Shown here: positions 45,616-56,374 of the stretch, piece after piece
Numbering within the stretch: the first letter of the stretch is position 1
Layout of the letters: the number at the start of each line of letters is the position of its first letter
NCBI GenBank assembly: GCA_947588805.1
Contig: CANPYR010000006.1
Span: 7,595-71,594, forward strand
Direction of reading: 5' to 3'
Length of the DNA: 64,000 nucleotides
From: an uncultured Clostridia bacterium
GTDB lineage: Bacteria; Bacillota; Clostridia; Oscillospirales; Ruminococcaceae
Made by a program: the position numbers and the translations under genes
The notes under the pieces: model-generated
Databases searched by the model: none
Told to the model about the DNA's origin: nothing
Seen by the model: only the letters and a program-made list of their open reading frames with translations

Positions 45616-45640
45616 AACGGATGATTTTGAAATTTTAAAT

Positions 45641-45757
45641 CCTGCAAAAATTCAAGCTGAGAGCTTGCAATTCTGCAATTTGTCCCTAATTGTTGCAGTT
45701 TTACCAAGCTTTTGCCCGAAATCTGCAAGATTTTTTCTTCATCCTGCAAATTTCCTA

Positions 45758-45765
<8 letters not shown>
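45641..45765. repeat. Cluster of 6-7 YTGCAA(W)TT motifs upstream of gdhA
   Basis: cctgcaaaaatt, cttgcaatt, ctgcaattt, gttgcagtttt, tctgcaagatttt, cctgcaaattt and attgcattc. The last overlaps the -35 box. Confidence 0.7.
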
Positions 45766-47178
<1,413 letters not shown>

Positions 47179-47216
47179 TTTTTGATTTTGATAGGTTAAT
47201 GAATTGAATTTTGGGA

Positions 47217-47250
47217 GGTCCCCTTGCTTTATAGCATGGGGATCTTTTTT
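47217..47250 (+). terminator. Intrinsic terminator of gdhA
   Basis: Stem ggtccccttgc/gcatggggatc followed by T6. Confidence 0.8.
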
Positions 47251-47418
47251 GACGGGGGACTGTGAGAAGTTGCGGCGAGAAGAGCAGGTGCGAGAAGCGC
47301 AGGTTTTGATGTGACTTATTGCCGGCTGCGCCCGCCCATATGTCAGGCTCTCGTTCTATTCTTACCTCTATCTGCTTCCCCTTGCAGCTTTTACCACCTA
47401 ATCCTCTTAATATTTACA

Positions 47419-47447
47419 TTGACCTCGCGCTTAAATTGATATATAAT
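47419..47447 (+). promoter_or_regulatory. Promoter TTGACC-N17-TATAAT
   Basis: Direct reading. Upstream of the solute-binding lipoprotein gene. Confidence 0.6.
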
Positions 47448-47495
47448 AACAGTACGAATATCTGATCGTAATATTAAAAACTTGGGGGTATGACT

Positions 47496-48932
47496 ATGAA
47501 AAGAATTATTTCGGCGTTTTTGGCTGCGATCATAATTATATCGCTTGTCGGCTGCGGTTCCAAAAAGAGACAGATAATCGAGCTCACGCTTTCAACCGAG
47601 GACGCGGAAGCCATACTTCGCGCTGCGGGTATCACCCTTCCCGACGCCGAGGACGCTCCCGCCGCGAACTCTACTATCCAGTGGTTCAGCTTCTGGGACG
47701 GTTTCCATAACTACGGCGAGGACGAGGTCGTGAACACGGGATACTGGACTTTCAAAAACAAGTACAACTGCGAGATAGAATGGGTGGAGACGACCTGGGA
47801 GGACCAGAATTCGGATCTTGCAAACCTCGTTCTTTCGGGAAAATCTCCCGACTTCGGACAGGCCGGCGAAGGGATATTCCCGAGCGGGGCTTTGAAGGGG
47901 ATGTATCGCCCGGTGGATGAGTTTGTCAATTACGACGACCCGCTCTGGGAGGGCGTAAAGGAATTCGCCCGCGACTATTACAGCCTTAACGGCAGACCCT
48001 ATTTCATCATCACCGACTCGTCCTTTGACAAAGTGGTTTGCTATAACCGCCGCGTGATGAACGAGTGGGGATTCGACGATCCGGCCCAGCTTTACTGGAA
48101 CGACGAGTGGACCTGGGACGAGTTTTACGATATGTGCGCGGACTTTTCGGACTATGACGACGATCGCTTTGCGCTTGACGGCTGGTTCTTCCCGGCGGGG
48201 ATAATGCATTCGAGCGGTACTAATATCGTAAGCTACGATCCCGAGCAGATGAAGTTCGTATCCAACGTAGACGACCCGAGACTTGAGCGCGCTGAGAATC
48301 TCATATACGATCTCACGAAAAACGACTGTATCTATCCCGTATCGCAGAGGGGATGGACGACGCGCGACGGGATAGGGATGAAGGACGGGAAGCTTTTATT
48401 CTACATAGCCGGAGTATGGAGCTTCCAGACGACGGTCGAAGAGACCGCAAGGCAGTTCGGCGACGTAAAGGAGAAGGAGCTAATGCTCGTGCCGCTTCCG
48501 CGCGACGGCGAGGGCGACGGGAAATATTACTTAGAGTCCGGAGTCGTAGGCTACGTGATGATAAAGGGCGGGACAAACCCCGAGGGAGTCGGTTTGTTCT
48601 GCTCCTGCGAGAGATTCAAGGTCCTGGACCCGACGGTTGTGAACATCGACCGCAGGCAGCTTAAGGAGACATATCTCTGGACCGACGAGATGCTTGATAT
48701 GTGGGATGAATGCTACAGGATAGCGCAGAATTCCTATCAGAACGGCGAAGCGATCGTACTTTACGGAGACGGTCTCGGAGCCGCAAACAGCGCGGCTTCG
48801 GCGTTTGAGACTCAGGGCTTCACCGAAGAAGCTCAGACCTGGGCTCAGCTAAAGGAAGCAAATTCCGATACGCTTGCGTTCTATTTAGACGCGCTGAATG
48901 AAGAAATAGCGGCGTTTGACTATCAGGATTAG
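47496..48932 (+). CDS. Extracellular solute-binding lipoprotein (sugar ABC type), with no cognate permease genes adjacent
   Basis: Second ATG chosen for RBS spacing. Signal peptide with lipobox LVGCGS. Size ~478 aa. Confidence 0.8.
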   Translation: MKRIISAFLAAIIIISLVGCGSKKRQIIELTLSTEDAEAILRAAGITLPDAEDAPAANSTIQWFSFWDGFHNYGEDEVVNTGYWTFKNKYNCEIEWVETTWEDQNSDLANLVLSGKSPDFGQAGEGIFPSGALKGMYRPVDEFVNYDDPLWEGVKEFARDYYSLNGRPYFIITDSSFDKVVCYNRRVMNEWGFDDPAQLYWNDEWTWDEFYDMCADFSDYDDDRFALDGWFFPAGIMHSSGTNIVSYDPEQMKFVSNVDDPRLERAENLIYDLTKNDCIYPVSQRGWTTRDGIGMKDGKLLFYIAGVWSFQTTVEETARQFGDVKEKELMLVPLPRDGEGDGKYYLESGVVGYVMIKGGTNPEGVGLFCSCERFKVLDPTVVNIDRRQLKETYLWTDEMLDMWDECYRIAQNSYQNGEAIVLYGDGLGAANSAASAFETQGFTEEAQTWAQLKEANSDTLAFYLDALNEEIAAFDYQD

Positions 48933-49013
48933 GGGTGGGGATAATAAGGGGTATGGGATATATTTCCCCCGCCGGTTAGATGGGGCGTCATAAGAAATTA
49001 AATTTGTATTCTG

Positions 49014-49050
49014 AAACGTCATGATTTCGGTCATGACGTTTTCATTTCTC
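49014..49050 (+). terminator. Intrinsic terminator
   Basis: Stem aaacgtcatga/tcatgacgttt followed by a T-rich tail. Confidence 0.8.
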
Positions 49051-49154
49051 TTTACTTTTGCAAAAGGTCGTTAAAAATTATACGCCAAAAATCCTCTCCC
49101 CCGCAACCTTTTCATATTTTTGTCGAGATATATTACAGGCGCCTGAAAGAAAGG

Positions 49155-49721
49155 ATGGTTGATTTGCAGGACGGCGAAATTATTGATATGCTCTTTGAGC
49201 GAAACGAAGCGGCGCTTTACGCTTGCCGCGAAAAATACGGAAACTATCTTCTTAAAATCTCTTTTAACCTGCTCGGGGATCTTCCCGACTGCGAGGAGAC
49301 TCTTGACGACGTGCTTTTGGGAGTTTGGAGGGCAATTCCCCCCGAACGGCCGCAGCGCCTTAAGGCATGGCTCGCTAAGCTTACGCGGCGCTCGTGTATA
49401 GATATCCTCAGGAGAAAAGGACGTGCAAAACGCGCGGGCGAAGAGTATACGGCTTCTTTGGATGAGCTCGCGGAGGTGATCCCGGGAAAAAGCGATCCTG
49501 AAAAGGATTTCGATCTTAAGCTTCTTGGGGATGAGATAAACGGCTGGCTCAAAACGCTTCCCGAACCGAAACGGAGTATTTTTGTCATGAGATATTTCTA
49601 CTCCGAGCCGATAGGGAAAATAGCGGAAAGAACCGGATTTAAGGAGAACAGCGTAAAAAGCATTCTTTTACGGCTTCGGGGCGGGCTTAAAAAACACCTT
49701 GAAGAGCGCGGAATGTATTAG
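49155..49721 (+). CDS. ECF-type sigma-70 family RNA polymerase sigma factor
   Basis: 188 aa. Region 2 (DDVLLGVWRAI) and region 4 HTH (IGKIAERTGFKENSVKSILLRLRGGLKKHL). Confidence 0.85.
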   Translation: MVDLQDGEIIDMLFERNEAALYACREKYGNYLLKISFNLLGDLPDCEETLDDVLLGVWRAIPPERPQRLKAWLAKLTRRSCIDILRRKGRAKRAGEEYTASLDELAEVIPGKSDPEKDFDLKLLGDEINGWLKTLPEPKRSIFVMRYFYSEPIGKIAERTGFKENSVKSILLRLRGGLKKHLEERGMY

Positions 49722-49748
49722 TGTTAAATCAAAAAAGGAGTGTGCAAA

Positions 49749-50519
49749 ATGAATAAAGAAAACATTTACGACGCTATGGGGAATATCGACGGAGAGTATA
49801 TCGAAGCGGCGGCCGAGACAGGCGCGAAAAAGAAAAAATCCCGAAGATTTCCTTGGGCGGCGATCGCTGCGGCAGCACTTGTAACGGTCATGACGGTGGG
49901 CGCTGCGGCTGCGGCGGGAGGGCGTTTTACCGACATAAAAAATATCTTCGGCACAGTTACCGGAACTAAATTCGAGGACGCGACAGATGATCTTAAGCTT
50001 GAAATCATCGGATTTAAAAACGGCAGTCCGGAAATAATCGCCGAGAGGACTGATCCCGAAAAGCTTCCGTTCAGTCTTCCCGGGAACACGCTTAAGCTTG
50101 GGGAATATCAGCTTACAGACAGCAGCGGAAATGTGATCGCTGAGAGAAAGTATAATTCGGACGACGCGCCGGAGATCAGGTATAACGACGACGCTAATGG
50201 AGAGTTTGGGGATGAAGCAGCGGAAGAATATATTGGGATCTCGGGGATAGATCCCGATAAGCTTACAAAAACAGGCAGAAAAGTTATATATCTGACCGCC
50301 GAGCGGAATGCGGACGGGACGTACAGCGGCGGCGCGGTAGAGGAGCGGGAGATTTATGCTTCTGCCGACGGGAAAGAGTATCTCTTTATCGAAAATTCTT
50401 CGCCGCTCGCTCCGGGTGAGTACGAGATTTCGGTGAAGTCGGTTATTATGTTGTCGAAAGGAGATCAGGATATGGAGATCACGGGGGAGTGGAGATTGGT
50501 ATTTGAGATAGCGGGGTGA
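49749..50519 (+). CDS. Single-pass membrane protein downstream of the sigma factor (possible anti-sigma)
   Basis: ATG 49749 after GGAG. Short cytoplasmic N-terminus (NIDGEYIEAAAE), one TM helix, ~190-aa extracytoplasmic domain. No zf-HC2 motif seen. Confidence 0.5.
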   Translation: MNKENIYDAMGNIDGEYIEAAAETGAKKKKSRRFPWAAIAAAALVTVMTVGAAAAAGGRFTDIKNIFGTVTGTKFEDATDDLKLEIIGFKNGSPEIIAERTDPEKLPFSLPGNTLKLGEYQLTDSSGNVIAERKYNSDDAPEIRYNDDANGEFGDEAAEEYIGISGIDPDKLTKTGRKVIYLTAERNADGTYSGGAVEEREIYASADGKEYLFIENSSPLAPGEYEISVKSVIMLSKGDQDMEITGEWRLVFEIAG

Positions 50520-50560
50520 TGGGAATTCAAATCCCGGGAGGGCCCGTTCCTCACACACTG

Positions 50561-50601
50561 TTTCCGATATCTGATTTTTGACATCCGACATCTAACCCCT
50601 C
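50561..50601. repeat. Degenerate 7-nt array abutting a -35 box
   Basis: tttccgatatctgatttttgacatccgacatctaacccctc. Confidence 0.6.
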
Positions 50602-50630
50602 TTGAAATCCCCGCCGTTTTATGCTATAAT
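50602..50630 (+). promoter_or_regulatory. Promoter TTGAAA-N17-TATAAT (TG-extended)
   Basis: Direct reading. Upstream of the LytTR regulator. Confidence 0.65.
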
Positions 50631-50663
50631 CCTCTCATCCCCTCAAACAAAGGAGCTCACGCT

Positions 50664-51356
50664 ATGCTTACCTTCTCACTCTGCGACGACAACGCTTCAG
50701 AGCGCGAATATATAAAAAATCTCGTCATTGACTGGTCGGTCCGGTCTGGCGCTGAGATCAGCCTGCGCGAATATCCTTCGGCAGAAAGCTTTTTATTCGA
50801 CTGCGAGGACTTCCGGCCGGATATCCTGCTTCTTGACGTCGAAATGCCCGGGCAGTCCGGGGTGGAACTCGCAAAAAGGCTTCGGCGCTTGGACAAGGTT
50901 ATGCAGATAGTCTTTATCACCGCGTACTCCGACTACATCGCCGAGGGGTACGAGGTCGCGGCGCTCCACTATCTCCTTAAGCCGGTCGATACCGAAAAGC
51001 TCTTTTCGGTGCTTTCGATCGCCGCCGAGCGCGTCAGGCGGGACTGCCGGAAAATCACCGTCGAAACGACCGACGGCGCAGAGGTTTTGCCGCTTTACGA
51101 CGTCCGATACATCGAATCCCGGAAAAATTACGCCGTGATACACGCCGAGCGGGAATACACCGTAAGGCGCACTTTAAGTGAATTTTTATCGGCGCTGGAC
51201 GGCAGATTTTTAAGGGTCGGGCGTTCGTTTATAATAAATCTTTTGTGGGTAAGAAGAGTGGGGCGAACCGAAGTCGAGCTTAAATCCGGCGAAGTGATTC
51301 CCATCCCGCGCTCGGCGTTTGAGACTGTGAATCGGGCTATAATCAACATGAAGTGA
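50664..51356 (+). CDS. LytTR-family response regulator
   Basis: 230 aa. Receiver domain (LLLDVEMPG) plus a LytTR DNA-binding domain (YIESRKNYAVIH...). Confidence 0.9.
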   Translation: MLTFSLCDDNASEREYIKNLVIDWSVRSGAEISLREYPSAESFLFDCEDFRPDILLLDVEMPGQSGVELAKRLRRLDKVMQIVFITAYSDYIAEGYEVAALHYLLKPVDTEKLFSVLSIAAERVRRDCRKITVETTDGAEVLPLYDVRYIESRKNYAVIHAEREYTVRRTLSEFLSALDGRFLRVGRSFIINLLWVRRVGRTEVELKSGEVIPIPRSAFETVNRAIINMK

Positions 51357-51363
51357 GGAAAAT

Positions 51364-52041
51364 ATGAAGCATTTATCAAGGCGCGCTGACCGCCGAATCG
51401 CCGCATATCAGCAGGAGCTGATAAAAACGCACTACGCCGAGGTCGAGTCGATGTACAGAAAAATGCGCGGCTGGCGGCACGACTACCGAAACCACATCCA
51501 GACGATGAAGGCCCACGCGCAAAAGGGCGACATGGCGGCGGTGCTGGCTTATCTTGACATGCTCGACAAGGATCTTAAAACCGTCGATACGGTCATAAAG
51601 ACCGGAAACCCTATGACCGACGCGATCTTAAACTCTAAGATCACCCTTGCGCGAGATAAAAAGATAGAGGTGAAAGCCGACGCGAATATCTCCTGCGTTC
51701 TGGGAATTTCCGAGCTTGAGCTTTGTTCGGTCATCGGGAATCTCTTTGACAACGCCATCGAAGCGAGCGTGAAGCTGCCCGAAAGGGAGCGTAAGATCCG
51801 AGTTTATATGGAGATCAAGGAGACGGAGCAGCTCTATATTTCTTTCACGAACTTTACCGCTTCAAAGAAGCTTAAAATGCTGCTCGGGAGGTATGAAAGC
51901 ACCAAGGGAAAGGAACACGGGCTCGGGCTTGAGAGGATAGATACGATCGTAAGCCGTCTCGGTGGATATATCTCCCGAAACTCCGAGGACGGGGCGTTTA
52001 CTACGGAGATTTTGATACCGATCGCTGCCGAAAGTCGCTGA
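51364..52041 (+). CDS. GHKL histidine kinase of the AgrC/HPK10 type lacking any transmembrane sensor domain
   Basis: 225 aa. Starts directly at the H-box region (WRHDYRNHIQ). N-box GNLFDNAIEA. G-box GLGLERI. No hydrophobic segment. Confidence 0.8.
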   Translation: MKHLSRRADRRIAAYQQELIKTHYAEVESMYRKMRGWRHDYRNHIQTMKAHAQKGDMAAVLAYLDMLDKDLKTVDTVIKTGNPMTDAILNSKITLARDKKIEVKADANISCVLGISELELCSVIGNLFDNAIEASVKLPERERKIRVYMEIKETEQLYISFTNFTASKKLKMLLGRYESTKGKEHGLGLERIDTIVSRLGGYISRNSEDGAFTTEILIPIAAESR

Positions 52042-52045
52042 TATA

Positions 52046-52153
52046 GCAGCAACAAAACCGGCTTTCATCATGAACGCGGGGTTTTGTCTGCGTGGCAACC
52101 GAATCGGTCGTTTTTGATGAGGGCAGCCACGCAGCAACAAAACCAGCTTTCAT
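52046..52153. promoter_or_regulatory. Two 23-nt direct repeats GCAGCAACAAAACCRGCTTTCAT (52046-52068 and 52131-52153) upstream of the ABC pair
   Basis: Direct reading. The repeats differ at one position and are spaced 85 nt start to start. They are followed by a TG-extended -10 (52209-52217) with no good -35. Confidence 0.5.
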
Positions 52154-52238
52154 TTCATCCCTAAAAACCCGCATTTCGTCCCGGATTCTACACCCGGGAC
52201 GATTTTTATGCTATAATAGCCGCAAGAGGTGATAATAT

Positions 52239-54098
52239 ATGTCCGAAAAAGACGTCAAAGACAAAAAAACAAGGGAAAAGCCGACCTACGGCGCTCCGCG
52301 CTGCCTTTTGTTCACTTGCGGGCGGGTGTGGAGATACTCAAAGCAGTTCTTTATATTGATATGGACGACCTTGGCGGCTAATCTTATTTGCACGGTCCTG
52401 AACTTTTACTTTGCGCCTTCTCTGATCGGCACTTTGGAGCGCGGCGAAGGGATTGCGGCGTTCATGCTCACGCTTCTTGTTCTGGGCGGCGGGCAGGCGC
52501 TCGTCAAGGGAATAATCAACTATATCGACAAAAACTGCGTCTCGTACAGACAGATACTCAAATCTCGGCTCACCGAGGAAGTCACAGAAAAAATCGCTGC
52601 GACGTCCTATCCGAATTTTCTGACCGAAAAATTCAAAAACCGCACCTCGCAGGCCTTTGAAGCGACCGAGAGCGGTGTGATCAACTCGTTTTGCGATCTT
52701 ATAACATACTTTCTGAAAACGTTGATACTCTTCGGGTTTTATCTGTATTTTCTGACCGATCTTCACCCGCTCTTGGGGTTTGTCACGGGGATTTTGTCGG
52801 GTATAATGTTCTTTTACAACCGCTGGGCGTACGCCTGGGGTCAGCGCCATAGGGACGAGGAATCGGAGGTATGGCGCAAGTGGGACTATGTAAGAGACAA
52901 CATGGTAAAGCTGCCGTTTATTAAAGAGCTTAAGCTTTTCGGAATGACGGGGTGGATAGAGAGCATATTCCGGGAAGTGTATATGATCTCGGCAAGACTT
53001 TCTGTTAAGCGGGAAAAATTCTTCGCCTGGCGCGGCGTTGTCAATATTATAACCAACGTTTTGCAGCAAGGGTTTGCGTTCTATATCTTAATTTCCGCGG
53101 CGATACGCGGGGAGATAACCGCGGCAAGGTTTGTGCTTTTGGTCTCGGCTATCGACAACTTTGCGGCGCAGGTCGGAGGGGTGTTCGATTCAATTAACCA
53201 TGTCAGGCAAGACTGTCTTAAGGTCAATAATTTCATGGAGTTTATAAACTACCCCGAGCCGTTTAAGTTTGAGAACGGCGCCCCCGTTCCGCGCGCGGAT
53301 GGCTATGAAATCAAGCTTGAAAACGTCAGCTATACCTATCCAGGCGCGGATAAAAAGACTCTCGATCGCTTTGACATAACGATACGCAGGGGCGAAAAGC
53401 TTGCTATGGTCGGGCTAAACGGCGCGGGAAAAACTACCGTGGTGAAGCTGATCTGCGGGTTTATAGATCCCGACGAGGGCAGAGTTTTACTTAACGGTCA
53501 GGATATCCGCGACTTTGACCGCCGCGACTATTACAGACTGTTTTCGGCGGTGTTCCAGCAATTTTCCGTGATCGATTCTACTATCGCGCAAAATATCTCG
53601 CAGACGGTTGAAAATATCGACCGTCTGAAGCTTGACGACTGCATAAAAAAAGCGGGGCTTGAAAAGACGATAAAAAAGCTCCCGCAGGGGATTGAAACCC
53701 ACCTCGGGCGGGACGTTTACGACGACGGGATAATGCTGTCCGGCGGGCAGACTCAACGGCTTTTGCTTGCGCGCGCGTTATATAAAAACGCGCCGATACT
53801 TGTTCTTGACGAGCCGACGGCCGCGCTCGATCCGCTTGCGGAAAACGATATTTATATGAAATACAACGCTATGTGCTCGGGAAAGACTTCGGTGTTTATC
53901 TCCCACCGCTTCGCTTCGACGAGGTTCTGCGACAGGGTAGTTTACGTCGCCGACGGAAGGGCGGCCGAGGTCGGCACTCACGACGAGCTGATAAAACTCG
54001 GCGGCGGGTATGCTAAGCTCTTTGAGGTCCAGGCGAGATATTACCGCGAGGGCGATATCCGCGAAGCTATAAGAAAGGAGAAGGAAAACCATGCCTAA
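52239..54098 (+). CDS. ABC exporter half-transporter (TMD-NBD)
   Basis: 619 aa. GLNGAGKTT, LSGGQTQR, LVLDEPTAALD. Confidence 0.9.
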   Translation: MSEKDVKDKKTREKPTYGAPRCLLFTCGRVWRYSKQFFILIWTTLAANLICTVLNFYFAPSLIGTLERGEGIAAFMLTLLVLGGGQALVKGIINYIDKNCVSYRQILKSRLTEEVTEKIAATSYPNFLTEKFKNRTSQAFEATESGVINSFCDLITYFLKTLILFGFYLYFLTDLHPLLGFVTGILSGIMFFYNRWAYAWGQRHRDEESEVWRKWDYVRDNMVKLPFIKELKLFGMTGWIESIFREVYMISARLSVKREKFFAWRGVVNIITNVLQQGFAFYILISAAIRGEITAARFVLLVSAIDNFAAQVGGVFDSINHVRQDCLKVNNFMEFINYPEPFKFENGAPVPRADGYEIKLENVSYTYPGADKKTLDRFDITIRRGEKLAMVGLNGAGKTTVVKLICGFIDPDEGRVLLNGQDIRDFDRRDYYRLFSAVFQQFSVIDSTIAQNISQTVENIDRLKLDDCIKKAGLEKTIKKLPQGIETHLGRDVYDDGIMLSGGQTQRLLLARALYKNAPILVLDEPTAALDPLAENDIYMKYNAMCSGKTSVFISHRFASTRFCDRVVYVADGRAAEVGTHDELIKLGGGYAKLFEVQARYYREGDIREAIRKEKENHA

Positions 54099-55974
54099 AA
54101 AGCAAAAAGAGAAAAAATACGAAATGTCGGTAAAAGAGTCGGCGCAGTGGACGCTTAAGGCGATAAAGCTTTTGCACAGTCTCGCCCCGGGAGAGATGGA
54201 GCTTGAATTTGCGAACGATATAAGCAATATAATATTTAATTATGTAAACATCTATCTCATGGCGCGGCTTATCGACGAGTTGGCGACTCGCATGCGACCG
54301 GAAAAGCTTGTATTGTTCGCGGTGTTGATAATTGTATGCTTAATTTTCGATCAGGTCTTTTACTACATATTCTTCCATATCAAGCAGTACAAAGGCATTT
54401 TCAGGGGCGAAAAGAAGCAGTATATGCTTAACAAAAAGCTGACGAGTCTTGACTTCGCGGACGCAGAGGGCCAGGAGATCCGCGACCGATTCTTTAAGAT
54501 AAAACAGGACCAGGATTGGCTGAATATGGGGATAGACGGCGCATACAACATTTTGGAAAGCTTTATAGGCGGAGCTGTTATGATTTTAGGCGGCGTGGTT
54601 CTGTCGGTAAGTTTTTTCTTTACAAAAGTCCCCGACGGAACTAAGGGCGCATGGTTTCTGAATTCTCCGCTTTTAATTTTAGCTGTAACAGCGATAATCG
54701 CGATAATCACAAAACTCGCTACGGCAAGCGGCATCAAGGCTTATAATATCGAAAGCCGAACAAACGACGCGTCGTCGAAGATGAACAGAATGCAGCGGCA
54801 TACCGAAGATATCCTGAAGGACGAAAACCGCGCGCTCGATATGCGAATCTATGACCAGCGCTCCCAGATAATCGCAATGAGACGGGAAGCCGTCGACCAC
54901 GGCTACGCTGCTATGGTGAAAAAGTATTCCCGGGGCTCGGCGGGACTTTTGAGGGCGGCGCAGAGCTTCGCAGTGTGGCTTCCCGACTCGGTCATGTTTT
55001 TTGCAGTCGGTTTAAAAGCCCTCGCCGGGGCGTTCACGATAGGCGCTGTCACGCAGTATGTTCAGGCGCTGACGAGAGTTTCGGACTGCATTTCGGAGGC
55101 GATCTTTAATCTTTCAAACATGCGGATAAACGCGCCGTATATTAAGAAGGTTTTTGATTTTATGGAGCTGCCGAATAAGATGTATCAGGGCTCCTTAACG
55201 ACCGAAAAGCGTTCCGATCGGCAGTACGACGTTGAATTTCGCGACGTGAGCTTCAGATATCCCACCGCGAAAAACTGGGCTCTTCGGCATGTGAACATAA
55301 AATTCCGAGTAGGCACGCGGCTTGCGGTAGTAGGCGAGAACGGCTCCGGAAAGAGCACGTTCATAAAGCTTCTCTGTCGGCTTTACGACCCGCAGGAGGG
55401 GGAAATTCTCCTCAACGGCATCGACATAAAAAAATACAATCCCAAGGATTACATGGACGTGTTCTCGGTTGTTTTTCAGGACTATTTCCTGCTTTCACAG
55501 CCGCTCGGCGAGAATGTAGGCTGCTCGAAGGATTATAACCGTGAAAAAGCCGAGAAATGCCTTTGCGAAGCGGGTTTCGGGGAACGTCTCAAATCGCTTC
55601 CGGACGGGTTGGATACATATATAAATAAAGAATTTGAGCCGACAGGCGTGCAATTCTCGGGCGGCGAGCTGCAAAAGATCGCGATAGCGAGGGCGTTATA
55701 CAAAAACGCGCCGTTTATAATTTTAGACGAGCCGACCGCCGCGCTCGATCCAATTGCGGAAGCGGAGATATATAAGCAGTTTGACGAAATTACCGGAGAC
55801 CGCACCGCGATCTATATAAGCCACAGGCTTTCAAGCTGCAGGTTCTGCGACGAGATAGCGGTGTTCGACGAGGGAAGGATAGTGGAGCGCGGGAAGCATG
55901 ACGAGCTGATAAAGGCGCGCGGGAGGTATAAAGAGCTTTGGGAAGCCCAGGCGGGGTACTATGGTAGTTGTTAG
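54091..55974 (+). CDS. ABC exporter half-transporter (TMD-NBD), partner of the previous gene
   Basis: 627 aa. 8-nt overlap with the upstream gene. GENGSGKST, FSGGELQK, IILDEPTAALD. Confidence 0.9.
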   Translation: MPKKQKEKKYEMSVKESAQWTLKAIKLLHSLAPGEMELEFANDISNIIFNYVNIYLMARLIDELATRMRPEKLVLFAVLIIVCLIFDQVFYYIFFHIKQYKGIFRGEKKQYMLNKKLTSLDFADAEGQEIRDRFFKIKQDQDWLNMGIDGAYNILESFIGGAVMILGGVVLSVSFFFTKVPDGTKGAWFLNSPLLILAVTAIIAIITKLATASGIKAYNIESRTNDASSKMNRMQRHTEDILKDENRALDMRIYDQRSQIIAMRREAVDHGYAAMVKKYSRGSAGLLRAAQSFAVWLPDSVMFFAVGLKALAGAFTIGAVTQYVQALTRVSDCISEAIFNLSNMRINAPYIKKVFDFMELPNKMYQGSLTTEKRSDRQYDVEFRDVSFRYPTAKNWALRHVNIKFRVGTRLAVVGENGSGKSTFIKLLCRLYDPQEGEILLNGIDIKKYNPKDYMDVFSVVFQDYFLLSQPLGENVGCSKDYNREKAEKCLCEAGFGERLKSLPDGLDTYINKEFEPTGVQFSGGELQKIAIARALYKNAPFIILDEPTAALDPIAEAEIYKQFDEITGDRTAIYISHRLSSCRFCDEIAVFDEGRIVERGKHDELIKARGRYKELWEAQAGYYGSC

Positions 55975-56175
55975 AGAATAGTTGTTAGTAGTTAGTTGGG
56001 AATATTGATGGATGGGATTTAGGATAGACGGAATGTTATGGGATCTGAGTGTTAAATTGTCTGTACTTCTCAAGGGTGGGGAATATATTCTATCCTCTGA
56101 TTATCTATCGGCTGTTTTCTAAAAGGCGAAGCCTTGGGACTAACTACTAATATATATTAAGCTATAACTAAAAGA
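55962..56175. repeat. Mosaic element with GTTAGTA-type arms (same type as 23036-23350), starting inside the last codons of the ABC gene
   Basis: Left arm ggtagttgttagagaatagttgttagtagttagttggg contains the TAG stop at 55972-55974. Right arm ggactaactactaatatatattaagctataactaaaag. Confidence 0.85.
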
Positions 56176-56266
56176 TCCCCGCTCGGGCTGTCGGCTCGGG
56201 CGGGGGGATTATTAAAAGCATTTTTCACCCTGTTTTTCTATTTTCATACTTTCCCCCTAATTTTTA

Positions 56267-56295
56267 TTGACAACGCGCAAAAATTGTTGTATAAT
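56267..56295 (+). promoter_or_regulatory. Promoter TTGACA-N17-TATAAT
   Basis: Direct reading. Both hexamers are consensus. Confidence 0.7.
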
Positions 56296-56310
56296 ATTAG
56301 ATATAAATAA

Positions 56311-56330
56311 TTGCACGCTTTAAAGTGCAA
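56311..56330. promoter_or_regulatory. 20-bp palindrome TTGCAC-N8-GTGCAA just downstream of the -10 (candidate operator)
   Basis: ttgcacgctttaaagtgcaa. No regulator gene adjacent. Confidence 0.4.
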
Positions 56331-56374
56331 AATATTGCGCTTTATGCGACATTCTATGACGAAGGGTGAAAAAT

